DNA from: an uncultured Chloroflexia bacterium
GTDB lineage: Bacteria; Chloroflexota; Limnocylindria; Limnocylindrales; CSP1-4
Length of the DNA stretch: 64,000 nucleotides
Reading direction: 5' to 3'
NCBI GenBank assembly: GCA_963713975.1
Contig: OY970218.1
Coordinates: 2,816,001-2,880,000, forward strand
The notes below the pieces were generated by a model. The model was not told the DNA's origin, searched no databases, and was given only the letters and a program-made list of their open reading frames with translations. Below, one piece after another: positions 27,456-36,883 of the stretch (the first letter of the stretch is position 1; each line of letters begins with the position of its first letter). A program made the translations under genes and the position numbers.

Positions 27456-29758
27456 GCGACCGCCTCCCGCCGCACCAGCCCGGCACCCAGCGCGGCGAGG
27501 AGGCGGAGCGCGAGCGCCTTACCGTCCACCTCCGGCTCCAGGCGCGGTCCGGTGCAGGCCGGGCAGCCGGCCTCGCAGGGACAGGCGGCGATCAGGTCCA
27601 CGGCCCCTGCCACCAGCTCGTCGTGCCGGTCGAACAACCGCTCGGACAGGCCCACGCCGCCCGGCATCGCCTCGTACAGGTAGATCGTGGGTGCCTCGTG
27701 GTGCGGGGACCGGACCTGGGCGACGAGGCCCAGGTCCCGGGGATCCACCATCAGCAGGACCGCGGCCACGGCCTGGATGGCCCGCCCGGCCCCGATCAGC
27801 GCCACGTCCAGCTCGTCCCGCCTCCAGCCGGCGGCGGCCGCGTCCGCCGTGAGCCAGTAGGCCGTGGTCTGCAGCTCGATCTCCGGCAGGTCGATGGGAC
27901 CCCAGCCCACGTTCTCGTCCGTGACGAACTTGAGCTTCTTGTAGAGGGTCACGAGACTCGCGACCATGACCTCGCCGTGGACGCGCGTGCCGCCGGTTGC
28001 GGGGGCCGTCGCGAACACGTCGAGCGGCTTGAGGGTCACGGCGCGGTTGGCGTAGGTGTAGTGGTCCGCGTCGATCCGGTGGACATAGGCCTTGCGCTCG
28101 CCCCATTCGAGGCGGTCCACGTGGAACTGCGCCGACTCGTGCATGTAGATCGCGTGCTGGTGGACGAGGACCTGGGCGGAGAAGAGATCCACCTCGCCGA
28201 GCACCCTGGGGCGGTCCGGCGTCGTGTCGATGATCACGACGTTCTCGGGGGCGGCGGAGCGCAGCGAGATCTCCGAGGCGGGGAAGTTCTCCGAGCTCCA
28301 GTACCAGCGTCCATCGTCGGCCTGCCGCACGTGGCCGCCTTCACCCAGGAAGGCGAGCAGGTCGTCCGCCGGTCCCGGCCCGAACCACTCCCCGGGCTCG
28401 AACGGCAGCTCGAACGTTGCCGCGCGGATGTGGGCGAGCAGGACGTGGAGGTTGTCGGGGTCCAGCCGGGCTTCCTCGGGTCGCCCGCCGAGGACGAACT
28501 CCGGGTGATGGATGACGTATTGGTCCACGGGGGCCGGCGACGCGACCAGCACGGCGACGCTGACGTCGCCCCTGCGGCCGGCCCTGCCCATCTGCTGCCA
28601 AGTGGCGGCGATGGATCCCGGGTAGCCGGCAAGGACCGCCACGTCCAGCCGACCGATGTCCACGCCGAGCTCCAGTGCGTTCGTGCTGACAACGCCCAGG
28701 ACCTCGCCGTCCCGTAGCCCGCGCTCGATCGATCGTCGTTCCGTGGGCAGGTAGCCGCCCCGGTAGCCCCGGATCCGACTCCGGGGGCCAAGGTCCTGAC
28801 GCAGCGTCTCGCGCAGGTTCGAGAGCATGATCTCGACCGCCACGCGGCTCTTCCCGAAGACCACGGTCTGGCGCCCGGCGCGGAGGAACGGGATCGCCCA
28901 CCGCTGGGCCAGCGTCAGGGCGGACCCGCGCGCCCCGGTGGCGCCGTCGATGATCGGGGGGTCCACCAGCAGCAGGTGCTTCTCGCCCGCCGGGGCCCCG
29001 TTGCGGTCGATGAGGCGGGCGGGCCGCCCGGTCAGCGTCTCGGCCAGCTCCGCCGGGTTCCCGATGGTGGCCGAGCAGCACACGATGACGGGGTGCGAGC
29101 CGTAGTGCGCGCACAGCCGCAGCAGGCGCCGCAGCACGTTGGCGACGTGCGAGCCGAACACCCCGCGGTAGGTGTGGAGCTCGTCGATGACGATCACGCG
29201 AACTTGCTCGAACAGTTGGAACCACTTGGTGTGGTGGGGGAGGATTGCCGAATGGAGCATGTCGGGGTTCGTGACGACGACCTGCCCGGCCTTGCGGATC
29301 GCCGAGCGGATGGGTGCCGGCGTGTCCCCGTCGTAGCAGGCCGAGGAGACCTGCAGCCCGGCATCCCGGACGAGTTCCCCGAACTCGGCGACCTGGTCCT
29401 GGCCCAGGGCCTTGGTGGGGAACAGGAACAGCGCTCGTGCCGAGGGGTCCTCCGCGAGCGCCTGGAGCACCGGCACGGTGTAGCAGAGCGACTTGCCGGA
29501 TGCGGTCGGGGTGACCACGACGACGTCCTGCCCGTCGTGCACCGCCTCGATCGCGTCTGCCTGGTGGGTGTAAGGGCGCTCGATGCCGCGTCGTGCGAGG
29601 CCACCCCTGATTCTCGGGTCCAGCCACGCGGGCCACTCCCCATGCTCCGCGGCACGAGCCGCGCGCACCTCGTGATGGACGACGCCACGGGCGAGTGACG
29701 GCTCCGAGAGCAGGTGCTCCAGCACGTCCCGGGTGCTGGCTGGGGCGTAGGTGCGCAT
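27452..29758 (-). CDS. mrfA: DEAD/DEAH helicase with DUF1998 Zn-binding C-terminus (YprA/MrfA/SftH/Hrq1 family)
   Basis: TPTASGKS, PTKALGQDQ, DELHTYRGVFGS, SATIGNP, ALELGVDIG, QQMGRAGR and CPCEAGCPAC motifs. Confidence 0.92.
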   Translation of the reverse strand: MRTYAPASTRDVLEHLLSEPSLARGVVHHEVRAARAAEHGEWPAWLDPRIRGGLARRGIERPYTHQADAIEAVHDGQDVVVVTPTASGKSLCYTVPVLQALAEDPSARALFLFPTKALGQDQVAEFGELVRDAGLQVSSACYDGDTPAPIRSAIRKAGQVVVTNPDMLHSAILPHHTKWFQLFEQVRVIVIDELHTYRGVFGSHVANVLRRLLRLCAHYGSHPVIVCCSATIGNPAELAETLTGRPARLIDRNGAPAGEKHLLLVDPPIIDGATGARGSALTLAQRWAIPFLRAGRQTVVFGKSRVAVEIMLSNLRETLRQDLGPRSRIRGYRGGYLPTERRSIERGLRDGEVLGVVSTNALELGVDIGRLDVAVLAGYPGSIAATWQQMGRAGRRGDVSVAVLVASPAPVDQYVIHHPEFVLGGRPEEARLDPDNLHVLLAHIRAATFELPFEPGEWFGPGPADDLLAFLGEGGHVRQADDGRWYWSSENFPASEISLRSAAPENVVIIDTTPDRPRVLGEVDLFSAQVLVHQHAIYMHESAQFHVDRLEWGERKAYVHRIDADHYTYANRAVTLKPLDVFATAPATGGTRVHGEVMVASLVTLYKKLKFVTDENVGWGPIDLPEIELQTTAYWLTADAAAAGWRRDELDVALIGAGRAIQAVAAVLLMVDPRDLGLVAQVRSPHHEAPTIYLYEAMPGGVGLSERLFDRHDELVAGAVDLIAACPCEAGCPACTGPRLEPEVDGKALALRLLAALGAGLVRREAVA

Positions 29759-29778
29759 CTGCCGTCTCCGGTCTGATA

Positions 29779-29794
29779 TCGAACGGATGATCGA
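29779..29794. promoter_or_regulatory. LexA/SOS-box-like operator upstream of mrfAB
   Basis: TCGAAC-GGAT-GATCGA, one mismatch to TCGAAC-N4-GTTCGA; lies between a minus-strand TAGACT -10 (29805-29810) and the start codon. Confidence 0.65.
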
Positions 29795-29902
29795 ATTGAA
29801 CGCGAGTCTACGACAGGCTGGCAACCGCGCGTGCCACCTTGGCTGTCACGGCCCACGCGGCGGTCCGCGTTGCGGCTCGCGAATCGCCGGACGGCGATCG
29901 AG

Positions 29903-29931
29903 TTGACAGCCGAATCGGGCGCAGCTACCCT
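29903..29931 (+). promoter_or_regulatory. sigma70 promoter of a leaderless transcript
   Basis: TTGACA-N17-TACCCT followed 6 nt later by ATG 29938. Confidence 0.7.
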
Positions 29932-29937
29932 CGGGTC

Positions 29938-30489
29938 ATGGTTCGCTCCGCTCGACGCACCGGCACCGCACGCGTCGCGTCCGATGCCGCCGGTGCGCCG
30001 GCACTCGGACCCCAGGAAGCGATGTCCGGCCAGTCTGCCGCGGGTGCGCTGGCGAACCTGTCGGACCTGCCCGTGGCGGGCCTGACGCGGCGCCGGATCG
30101 CGCTCCTGCTTGCCGCCCTCGTGGCGGCCTGGGTGATCGTGCTGTTCGCCCGCCAGGTGGGCGAGGCCAGCGAGGCGACGGCACGTGCCGACGCGATGCG
30201 CCTTGCGAACGTCCGGCTCGAGTCGGACGTCACGGCGCTCGAGGCGGAACTCGAGCTGATCCAGAAGCAGGCCTACATCTCGCAGGCCGCACGCGAGTAC
30301 CGGCTGGGCTCGACGATGGAGATCCCGTTCGCGATCGAGGATGGCGCCGCCCCCCTCGGTGACGACGCTCCGGGATCCGCCGCGAGTCGTCTGGGCACGA
30401 GCGACGCCCCCTCCACGCCGCTCGACGCGTGGGCCAGGCTCCTGTTCGGCGAGCCCGTCAGGGCTCCGGGTGCGGTCGCCGGCGACTGA
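29938..30489 (+). CDS. Septum formation initiator (FtsB/DivIC-like) protein
   Basis: RRR followed by a single TM, coiled coil, then YISQAAREYRLG...EIPF. Confidence 0.65.
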   Translation: MVRSARRTGTARVASDAAGAPALGPQEAMSGQSAAGALANLSDLPVAGLTRRRIALLLAALVAAWVIVLFARQVGEASEATARADAMRLANVRLESDVTALEAELELIQKQAYISQAAREYRLGSTMEIPFAIEDGAAPLGDDAPGSAASRLGTSDAPSTPLDAWARLLFGEPVRAPGAVAGD

Positions 30490-30719
30490 CGCGAGCCTCG
30501 CGGGGCGGCGTCCTGTAGGCGGGCATGTCGCTCGATCCCAGGTGCTAGCCCACCCGATGCGCTCACCCGTCTACCGGTCCGATCGGCCTTCCCGTCGTCG
30601 GGACGGGGCCCTATGCTGAACCGATACGCCGGTGTTCGGGTGACCCGCGTCCGTGTCGTCGACGCGCCCGAGTAGCGAGCGAGCCAGTCGGAGTGCCAGG
30701 GGAGGATGGTCGGCGCCGG

Positions 30720-31277
30720 ATGATCGAGATCCCCGTAGAGGACTACGTCTTCGCGTTCGCCGCCCTCGTGGGTGGCGTGCTGCTCCTGTTGACCGTCGTC
30801 TTCGATGACATTTTGGGTGGGATCCTGGATTCGTTCGGGCTCGAGTTCGGCGGCACGTCGGTCACGCCGCTGCTGCTCGGGTTCATCGCCATGTTCGGAG
30901 CGGGCGGACTGGTTGCGACGCAGGTCTTCGACGTCCATGGCGGCCAGGCCGCGCTCGTCGCGGCCATCTCCGGGGTCGCGGGAGCGGCCCTGGCCGGCGG
31001 GCTGTTCGCCTGGTTGCGGCGATCCGAGAGCGAGGAGCCTTTCTCGCTGGCGGATCTCGTCGGCGACAGCGGCTACGTGAGCGTCGGCATCCCGGCCGGG
31101 CGCTACGGCAGCGTGCTCGTCCACGCCGAGGGCCAGGCCCACGAGTTTGCAGCAACCTCGGGCGCCGAGATCGCGGCGGGGACCACCGTCCGGATCACGG
31201 GTATCGCCGGGACGGGGTTGCTGGTCGAGCCGGCAGGGCAGACCGTGCCCGCCGCGCCTGCCGATCCCGCGCAGTAG
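30720..31277 (+). CDS. nfeD: Short NfeD (YuaF/YqiJ-like) protein
   Basis: Three TMs plus an OB-fold tail (LVGDSGYVSVGIP...GSV...V.ITGIAG.GLLVEP); upstream of flotillin. Confidence 0.8.
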   Translation: MIEIPVEDYVFAFAALVGGVLLLLTVVFDDILGGILDSFGLEFGGTSVTPLLLGFIAMFGAGGLVATQVFDVHGGQAALVAAISGVAGAALAGGLFAWLRRSESEEPFSLADLVGDSGYVSVGIPAGRYGSVLVHAEGQAHEFAATSGAEIAAGTTVRITGIAGTGLLVEPAGQTVPAAPADPAQ

Positions 31278-31304
31278 CGCCCGGAACCAGGAGGGGTTGA
31301 GATC

Positions 31305-33428
31305 GTGGATGCACTGTTCGACATCGTAGGGAGCGGGACGCTCGCGCTCCTGTTCGTCATCGTCGTCATCGTCCTGCTGGTGGCCTACATCACGGGCCGG
31401 TTCAAGGTCGCGGGCGCGAACGAGGCCCTCGTGCGCACCGGAGGGCTGGTGAGGGCCCCGGCCCAGCTCAAGGTGGTTCGCGCGGGTCGCGTCGTCGTGC
31501 TCCCGCTCGTCCACAAGCTGGGCAAGCTGCACCTGTCGGCCAGGCTGATCGAAGTGTCCCTGTCGGACGCGGTCACCCAGCAGGGCATCAAGGTGGCCGT
31601 CCAGGGCGTCGCGACGGTCAAGATCGGCGGCGACGACGAGTCGATCCGCAACGCCGCAGAGCGGTTCGTGGATCGCGAGGACCAGATCGAATCGATCGTC
31701 AAGAACGTGCTCGAGGGGTCGCTGCGCTCGATCGTGGGCACGCTGACCGTCGAAGAGCTCAACTACGACCGCCAGAAGTTCCAGCAGGAGGTCCAGAGCG
31801 CGGCCAAGGGCGACCTCGCCACGTCGGGCCTGACGATCGACAACTTCACGATCCAGGCCATCCGCGACGAGGTTGGCTACATGGACCTCATCGGCCAGCA
31901 GGAGACGGCCCGTCGCGAACGGGACGCGCGGATGGCCAAGGCCACGGCCGATCAGGAGGCAGCGGTCCGGGAGGCGGAGGCCCAGCAGATCAAGCTCAAC
32001 GCCCAGCGCGACGTCTCCCTCCGCCAGGCGGAGGTCATCGCGCTCACCGCCGCCGCCGAGGCGAAGGCCGCACAGGCCGGTCCGCTGGCGGATGCCGAGG
32101 CCCAGCAGGAGGTCACCCGGCGCCAGACCGAGCTCGCCCAGCTCCAGGCGGACCGCACCCAGAAGGAGCTGATCGCCAGCACCATCCGGCCGGCGGAGGC
32201 CGAGGCGGAGGCACAGATCCGGCGCGCCGAGGGCGACAAGGGCGCCCGGATCGCGCAGGCCCAGGCGGAGGCCGAGCGCGTCAAGCTCGCCGGCCAGGCC
32301 GAGGCGTCCGTGAACGTCACCATGGGCGAGGCACAGGCCCGGGTGACCATGGTCAACGCGGAGGCGATCGCCAAGCAGACGACGCTCGAGGGCAACGCCG
32401 AGGCCGGCATCACCTTCACCAAGGGCGAGGCCGAGGCCAAGGCGCTGGCCCTCCGAGCCGATGCCTACCGGCAGTTCAACGAGGCGGCCATCATCTCGAC
32501 GGTCCTCTCGATGCTGCCCGAGATCGTGCGCGCTGCCGCCGAGCCGCTCTCGCACATCGACAGCCTGACCGTCCTTTCCTCCGAGGGCGCCTCCGACGTC
32601 GTCAAGACGACGACCCGGACGCTGGCGGAGGCATCCGCGTCCGTGAAGGGCCTCACGGGCATCGACATCCCGGAGCTGCTGAACAGCGCCCTGGGCAGCA
32701 ACGCACCCGCCAAGGGCCCGGTCGTCGTCAAGGCGAAGCGCCAGTCCAACGAGGACGAGGGGTCCGGCGGCGGCGGTACCTCCGGCACCGGCGGCACCCC
32801 GCCCCCATCGGGCTCCGGTCCGGCACCGGCAGCTCCCGAAGGCGGTGAGTCCGCGAGCGCCAGTCCGCCCGTTGGCGTCGAGCCCCCCGCGAGCGTCGAG
32901 CCACCCAATTCGCCTGCGGGCCAGACCCCGTCCGTCGTCAAGCCGACGCCGGCCGTCAAGCCGACGCCGGCCGTCAAGCCGACGCCGGCCGTCAAGCCGA
33001 CGCCGGCCGAGCGCTTCGAAGCGGCGTCCAGGGCGATGGAGGCATCGCTGTCGCGGGCCACGGCTCCGCCCGCGTCGGCCCTCGGCGGGCTCACGTCGCC
33101 CATGCCCCCCCTGCCTCCGGTGAGCGACATGAGACCGGGCGACAAGCGGAAGGCCGCGATGGCCGCGGCCGGGGCGATCGGGATCAGCGAGTCGACCACG
33201 CTCAGCGAGTCCGCCCAGCGGCTGGCCGAGGAGCTGATCCGGGTCCCCGGGATCGAACGGTTCGGCAGCACGCGGCTGCGTGACCTGGATCGCGGTGGGC
33301 CGAGGTCGCTGCGGAACCTGTGGGGCGCTACCCGCGACGAGCTCTCGACCCGCTATGGGGACGTCACGATCGGGATGCTGCTCGACGCCTACGGTCGGGA
33401 GCACGGCCAGGGCGGACCGCCCCAGTAG
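31305..33428 (+). CDS. Flotillin (SPFH + EA-rich coiled coil) with long C-terminal extension
   Basis: N-terminal TM, NAAERF, LEGSLRSIVGTLTVEE, AEA repeats, GEAEA, LPEIVRAAAEPL. Confidence 0.9.
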   Translation: MDALFDIVGSGTLALLFVIVVIVLLVAYITGRFKVAGANEALVRTGGLVRAPAQLKVVRAGRVVVLPLVHKLGKLHLSARLIEVSLSDAVTQQGIKVAVQGVATVKIGGDDESIRNAAERFVDREDQIESIVKNVLEGSLRSIVGTLTVEELNYDRQKFQQEVQSAAKGDLATSGLTIDNFTIQAIRDEVGYMDLIGQQETARRERDARMAKATADQEAAVREAEAQQIKLNAQRDVSLRQAEVIALTAAAEAKAAQAGPLADAEAQQEVTRRQTELAQLQADRTQKELIASTIRPAEAEAEAQIRRAEGDKGARIAQAQAEAERVKLAGQAEASVNVTMGEAQARVTMVNAEAIAKQTTLEGNAEAGITFTKGEAEAKALALRADAYRQFNEAAIISTVLSMLPEIVRAAAEPLSHIDSLTVLSSEGASDVVKTTTRTLAEASASVKGLTGIDIPELLNSALGSNAPAKGPVVVKAKRQSNEDEGSGGGGTSGTGGTPPPSGSGPAPAAPEGGESASASPPVGVEPPASVEPPNSPAGQTPSVVKPTPAVKPTPAVKPTPAVKPTPAERFEAASRAMEASLSRATAPPASALGGLTSPMPPLPPVSDMRPGDKRKAAMAAAGAIGISESTTLSESAQRLAEELIRVPGIERFGSTRLRDLDRGGPRSLRNLWGATRDELSTRYGDVTIGMLLDAYGREHGQGGPPQ
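32937..33008 (+). repeat. 4 x 18-bp perfect tandem repeat encoding VKPTPA
   Basis: GTCAAGCCGACGCCGGCC repeated four times inside the flotillin linker. Confidence 0.95.
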
Positions 33429-33481
33429 TCACACGGGCACAGGCGATCCAGCAGGGCGGCCGCGAGGCCGCCCTGCTGCGT

Positions 33482-34357
33482 TCAGCGGAGCATCCGGCTG
33501 GCGATCTCCCCGGCGAGCCCGCACGCATCCTGCGAGCCTGTGCCGGTGCCGAACGCCGCCGGGTCGATCAGGCTGACGTAGACGAGGCTGCTCCCCGAGC
33601 GCACAAGGATGCCGGCCGCGCCGAACTCGGAGAACGCGGTGCAGAACGCCTCGTCGCCCAGCCCGGTCACGTCGCCGTCGAGGTAGCCCTGTTCCTGAGC
33701 GGTCCGGCGGGCGCCCTGGAACTCACCCGCGGCATCGCCGCCGTCCTGCCGGGCGACACGACCCGTCGTGGATGTCTCGCTGGCTCCGACGATCCAGCAG
33801 TCGGGCGCATCGGGGATCACGCGCTTGTCCAGCACGACCTGGCCGATCGTGGCGTCCGCGATCCCGCCGATCGGCAGCGCCTGGGAGTCGGAGCCCAGCA
33901 CCTGGGCCAGGTCGTCGTCGGAGACGAGCTCGCAGGTCTTGGCGGTCCCGTCCAGGTTAATGCCGATGTCGTTCGCGAACGACGCGCCGAGGATGCCGAT
34001 CCCGATGACCCCGAGGATCGCGAGCACCACCAGGATGCCGCCGACGATCAGGCAGGCCTTGAGGCACCCGTTGCCGGAGCTGGCGGGCTGTGGGTTCCAG
34101 GAGCCGGCCGGGGGTGTCCCGGGCGGAGGAGCCCAGACGCCGGGCTGTTGCGGGGGCGATCCCCATTGACTGCCGCCCGGCTGGGCTGGCGGCAGGGTGG
34201 GTCCCTGGCCGGCCGTTTCCGCTCCACCCCATTGGGACGGCGCCGGCGGCGGGACGAGCTCCGCGGGCCACTCGCCGGCCGTCGCGGGCGGTCCGCTGGC
34301 CCGATCCGGGACGGGTCCGGACCCGGGCACGCCGCTTCCAGGTGCATCGCTGGACAT
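33482..34357 (-). CDS. Hypothetical membrane protein (Pro-rich N-terminus, TM, Cys-containing extracellular domain)
   Basis: GCLKACLIVGG TM; TCELVS...CW...GLGDEAFC...C pattern resembling DUF3558-type lipoproteins. Confidence 0.7.
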   Translation of the reverse strand: MSSDAPGSGVPGSGPVPDRASGPPATAGEWPAELVPPPAPSQWGGAETAGQGPTLPPAQPGGSQWGSPPQQPGVWAPPPGTPPAGSWNPQPASSGNGCLKACLIVGGILVVLAILGVIGIGILGASFANDIGINLDGTAKTCELVSDDDLAQVLGSDSQALPIGGIADATIGQVVLDKRVIPDAPDCWIVGASETSTTGRVARQDGGDAAGEFQGARRTAQEQGYLDGDVTGLGDEAFCTAFSEFGAAGILVRSGSSLVYVSLIDPAAFGTGTGSQDACGLAGEIASRMLR

Positions 34358-34495
34358 CGAACCCTCCCGCGGTGAGCTGCATTGCTGGGGGCCATTCTGG
34401 GGCGTTGACGGGATTACGTCACGCGCTCGGGCCGGCCAGGGCGAGGCGCGTGCCGGCCGCCCGGCGACGGGATCTGGTCTACAATCCTCGGCCGT

Positions 34496-34570
34496 GGCAG
34501 GGTAGCTCAGTGGCAGAGCAAGCGGCTCATAATCGCTAGGTCGCTGGTTCGAATCCAGCCCCTGCTACCA
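34496..34570 (+). tRNA. tRNA with CAT anticodon, most likely elongator tRNA-Met (Ile2 not excluded)
   Basis: GGCAGGG/CCCTGCT acceptor stem, TAGCTCAGTGG D arm, CTCATAA loop, GGTTCGAATCC T arm, encoded CCA; TACAAT -10 at 34480. Lacks the initiator 3 G-C pairs and C1:A72 mismatch. Confidence 0.93.
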
Positions 34571-34580
34571 CACCTCGCGG

Positions 34581-34616
34581 ACGAAGGCGCCCGGGTCCCA
34601 GTGCCCGGGCGTTCGT
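34581..34616 (+). terminator. Hairpin downstream of the tRNA
   Basis: GCGCCCGGG-loop-CCCGGGCGT followed by a short T-containing tract. Confidence 0.5.
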
Positions 34617-34808
34617 GTGTCGCCGATACGTGGTGAAACCTGAACCTCGCCTTACGGCCACGCGGCCCATCCATCGGCGATGCTGGCCCGTACAGGCAAT
34701 GGTGATCGGGGCCGCGGCCGGCGTTGCCGGGCCGGGATGACCCCGACGGTATACTCCCTCGGACGCCGGCGTCCCCCGTCGGCACTGTCGGACTCGGAGG
34801 CGCTCCGT

Positions 34809-36743
34809 TTGAACGCAAAGTTCCTGCGCAACGGGATCGTGATGCTCGTCCTCGTGGCGGGGACGGTCGTGCTGCTCTACACGTGGGTCCAGTCGTCCGC
34901 CCCCCAGCCGCAGAAGGGGTACTCGGAGTTCTACGACGCCGTCAAGGCCGGCACCGTCTCCAAGGCCGTCCAGGATGGTGAGACGCTCGAGGTGACACCG
35001 AAGACCGGCGGCACGTACACAGTGGTGGTGCCGAACTCGATCACCGGTGACGTCTACTCCGACATGCAGAAGGCGTCGGCGGCCGGCGGCCAGTCAACGG
35101 TGCCGGAGTACTCGAAGAAGCCCACGGCCGACACGTCGTGGATCGGCCTGCTCCTGACGGGCCTGCTGCCCCTGATCGTGATCGGCGGCTTCATCTTCTT
35201 CATGATGCGCCAGGCCCAGGGCACCAACAACCAGGCGATGTCCTTCGGCAAGAGCCGGGCCCGCATGTTCCTCGGCAACAAGACGGTGGTGACCTTCGCC
35301 GACGTCGCCGGTGTGGACGAGGCCAAGATGGAGCTCCAGGAGGTGGTGGAGTTCCTCAAGTACCCCGAGAAGTTCAACTCGCTTGGCGCGCGCATCCCGC
35401 GCGGCGTGCTCCTGGTGGGCCCTCCCGGGACGGGCAAGACGCTGATGGCGCGGGCCGTGGCCGGCGAGGCCGGCGTGCCGTTCTTCAGCATCTCCGGCTC
35501 GGAGTTCGTCGAGATGTTCGTGGGCGTCGGTGCCAGCCGCGTACGTGACCTGTTCGACCAGGCCAAGCGCAACAGCCCGTGCATCGTGTTCGTGGACGAG
35601 ATCGACGCGGTCGGCCGCCAGCGTGGCGCCGGGCTCGGCGGGTCCCATGACGAGCGGGAGCAGACCCTCAACCAGATCCTGGTCGAGATGGATGGCTTCG
35701 ACACCGCCACCAACGTGATCGTCGTCGCGGCCACCAACCGCCCTGACGTCCTGGACCCGGCCCTGCTGCGGCCCGGACGCTTCGACCGCCAGGTCATCCT
35801 GGACCGGCCGGACATGAAGGGTCGCACGGCGATCCTCAAGGTCCACACCAAGGGCAAGCCGCTCGACAAGACCGTGGTGGTGGAGGAGGTCGCGCGCCAG
35901 TCGCCCGGCTTCTCCGGTGCCGACCTTGCGAACCTGGTCAACGAGGCCGCGATCCTGGCCGCCCGGCGCAACAAGAAGGTCGTCGGCATGAGCGAGTTCT
36001 CCGAGGCCCTCGAGCGCATCGTTGCCGGCCCGGAGCGCAAGAGCCGGGTCATCAGCGACGACGAGAAGCGGATCATCGCCTTCCATGAGGGCGGTCACGC
36101 CGTCGTGCAGCGGATCCTCCCGAAGTGCGACCCGGTCGCGAAGGTCACGGTCATCAGCCGCGGCATGGCCCTCGGCTACACGATGGCCCTGCCCACCGAG
36201 GACCGCTACCTCCAGAGCAAGACGGAGTTCGAGGACAAGATCGCGGGCCTCCTCGGCGGCAACGTCGCGGAGCGGCTCGTGTTCGGCGACACGACGACAG
36301 GTGCGAGCAACGACATCGAGAAGGCAACCGATCTCGCGCGCCGTATGGTGACCGAGTTCGGCATGAGCGACCGCCTCGGGCCACTGTCGTTCGGCAAGCG
36401 TGACGAGATGGTCTTCCTGGGCCGGTCCATGGGCGAGCAGCGCGACTACTCCGACAACGTCGCGATGATGATCGACGAGGAGGTCAGGGCGATCATCGAC
36501 CGGGCCTACGTGCGCGCCACCGAGGTCCTCACCCAGCATCGGGACCGCCTCGACCGGCTGGCTGAGAAGCTCATCGCCGAGGAGACCGTGGACGCCTCGG
36601 AGTTCGAGAAGCTGTTCGACGACCTGCCGCCCAAGGAAGGGCGCTTCGCGGGGATCCCGCACATCGTCGCCCCGGGCACGGAGGGCGGGACATCGATCGG
36701 GCCCGGCACTCCAGCACCCAACCCTTCGCCGCAGCCGGCCTGA
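34809..36743 (+). CDS. ftsH: ATP-dependent zinc metalloprotease FtsH
   Basis: Two TMs, [47 protein letters not shown]; TTG start after GGAGG; TATACT -10 at about 34750. Confidence 0.97.
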   Translation: MNAKFLRNGIVMLVLVAGTVVLLYTWVQSSAPQPQKGYSEFYDAVKAGTVSKAVQDGETLEVTPKTGGTYTVVVPNSITGDVYSDMQKASAAGGQSTVPEYSKKPTADTSWIGLLLTGLLPLIVIGGFIFFMMRQAQGTNNQAMSFGKSRARMFLGNKTVVTFADVAGVDEAKMELQEVVEFLKYPEKFNSLGARIPRGVLLVGPPGTGKTLMARAVAGEAGVPFFSISGSEFVEMFVGVGASRVRDLFDQAKRNSPCIVFVDEIDAVGRQRGAGLGGSHDEREQTLNQILVEMDGFDTATNVIVVAATNRPDVLDPALLRPGRFDRQVILDRPDMKGRTAILKVHTKGKPLDKTVVVEEVARQSPGFSGADLANLVNEAAILAARRNKKVVGMSEFSEALERIVAGPERKSRVISDDEKRIIAFHEGGHAVVQRILPKCDPVAKVTVISRGMALGYTMALPTEDRYLQSKTEFEDKIAGLLGGNVAERLVFGDTTTGASNDIEKATDLARRMVTEFGMSDRLGPLSFGKRDEMVFLGRSMGEQRDYSDNVAMMIDEEVRAIIDRAYVRATEVLTQHRDRLDRLAEKLIAEETVDASEFEKLFDDLPPKEGRFAGIPHIVAPGTEGGTSIGPGTPAPNPSPQPA

Positions 36744-36766
36744 GCCGCGCCGGCGGCGCACGACCC

Positions 36767-36800
36767 GACGGCGGACCTCCTGGGGTCCGCCGTTCTCGTT
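36767..36800 (+). terminator. Intrinsic terminator after ftsH
   Basis: ACGGCGGACC...GGTCCGCCGT stem followed by TCTCGTT. Confidence 0.6.
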
Positions 36801-36883
36801 CGCGACAGCCGCATCACACCGCATCTCCGGGGTGCCGTCGCGCTACGATCACGCACGCCGCCCCAACAAGCCCTGGAGACCCC

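Noticed and set aside
27452-29758. DUF1998 helicase as a DISARM/Druantia defence component
   Set aside because: Full-length YprA/MrfA architecture paired with a YprB exonuclease; no drm or dru partners
32937-33008. 18-bp repeats as a possible CRISPR array
   Set aside because: Head-to-tail with no spacers, in frame within a coding linker, and no cas genes nearby
34496-34620. tRNA as the integration site of an island
   Set aside because: No integrase adjacent, no duplicated tRNA 3' end seen, and the flanks are core genes
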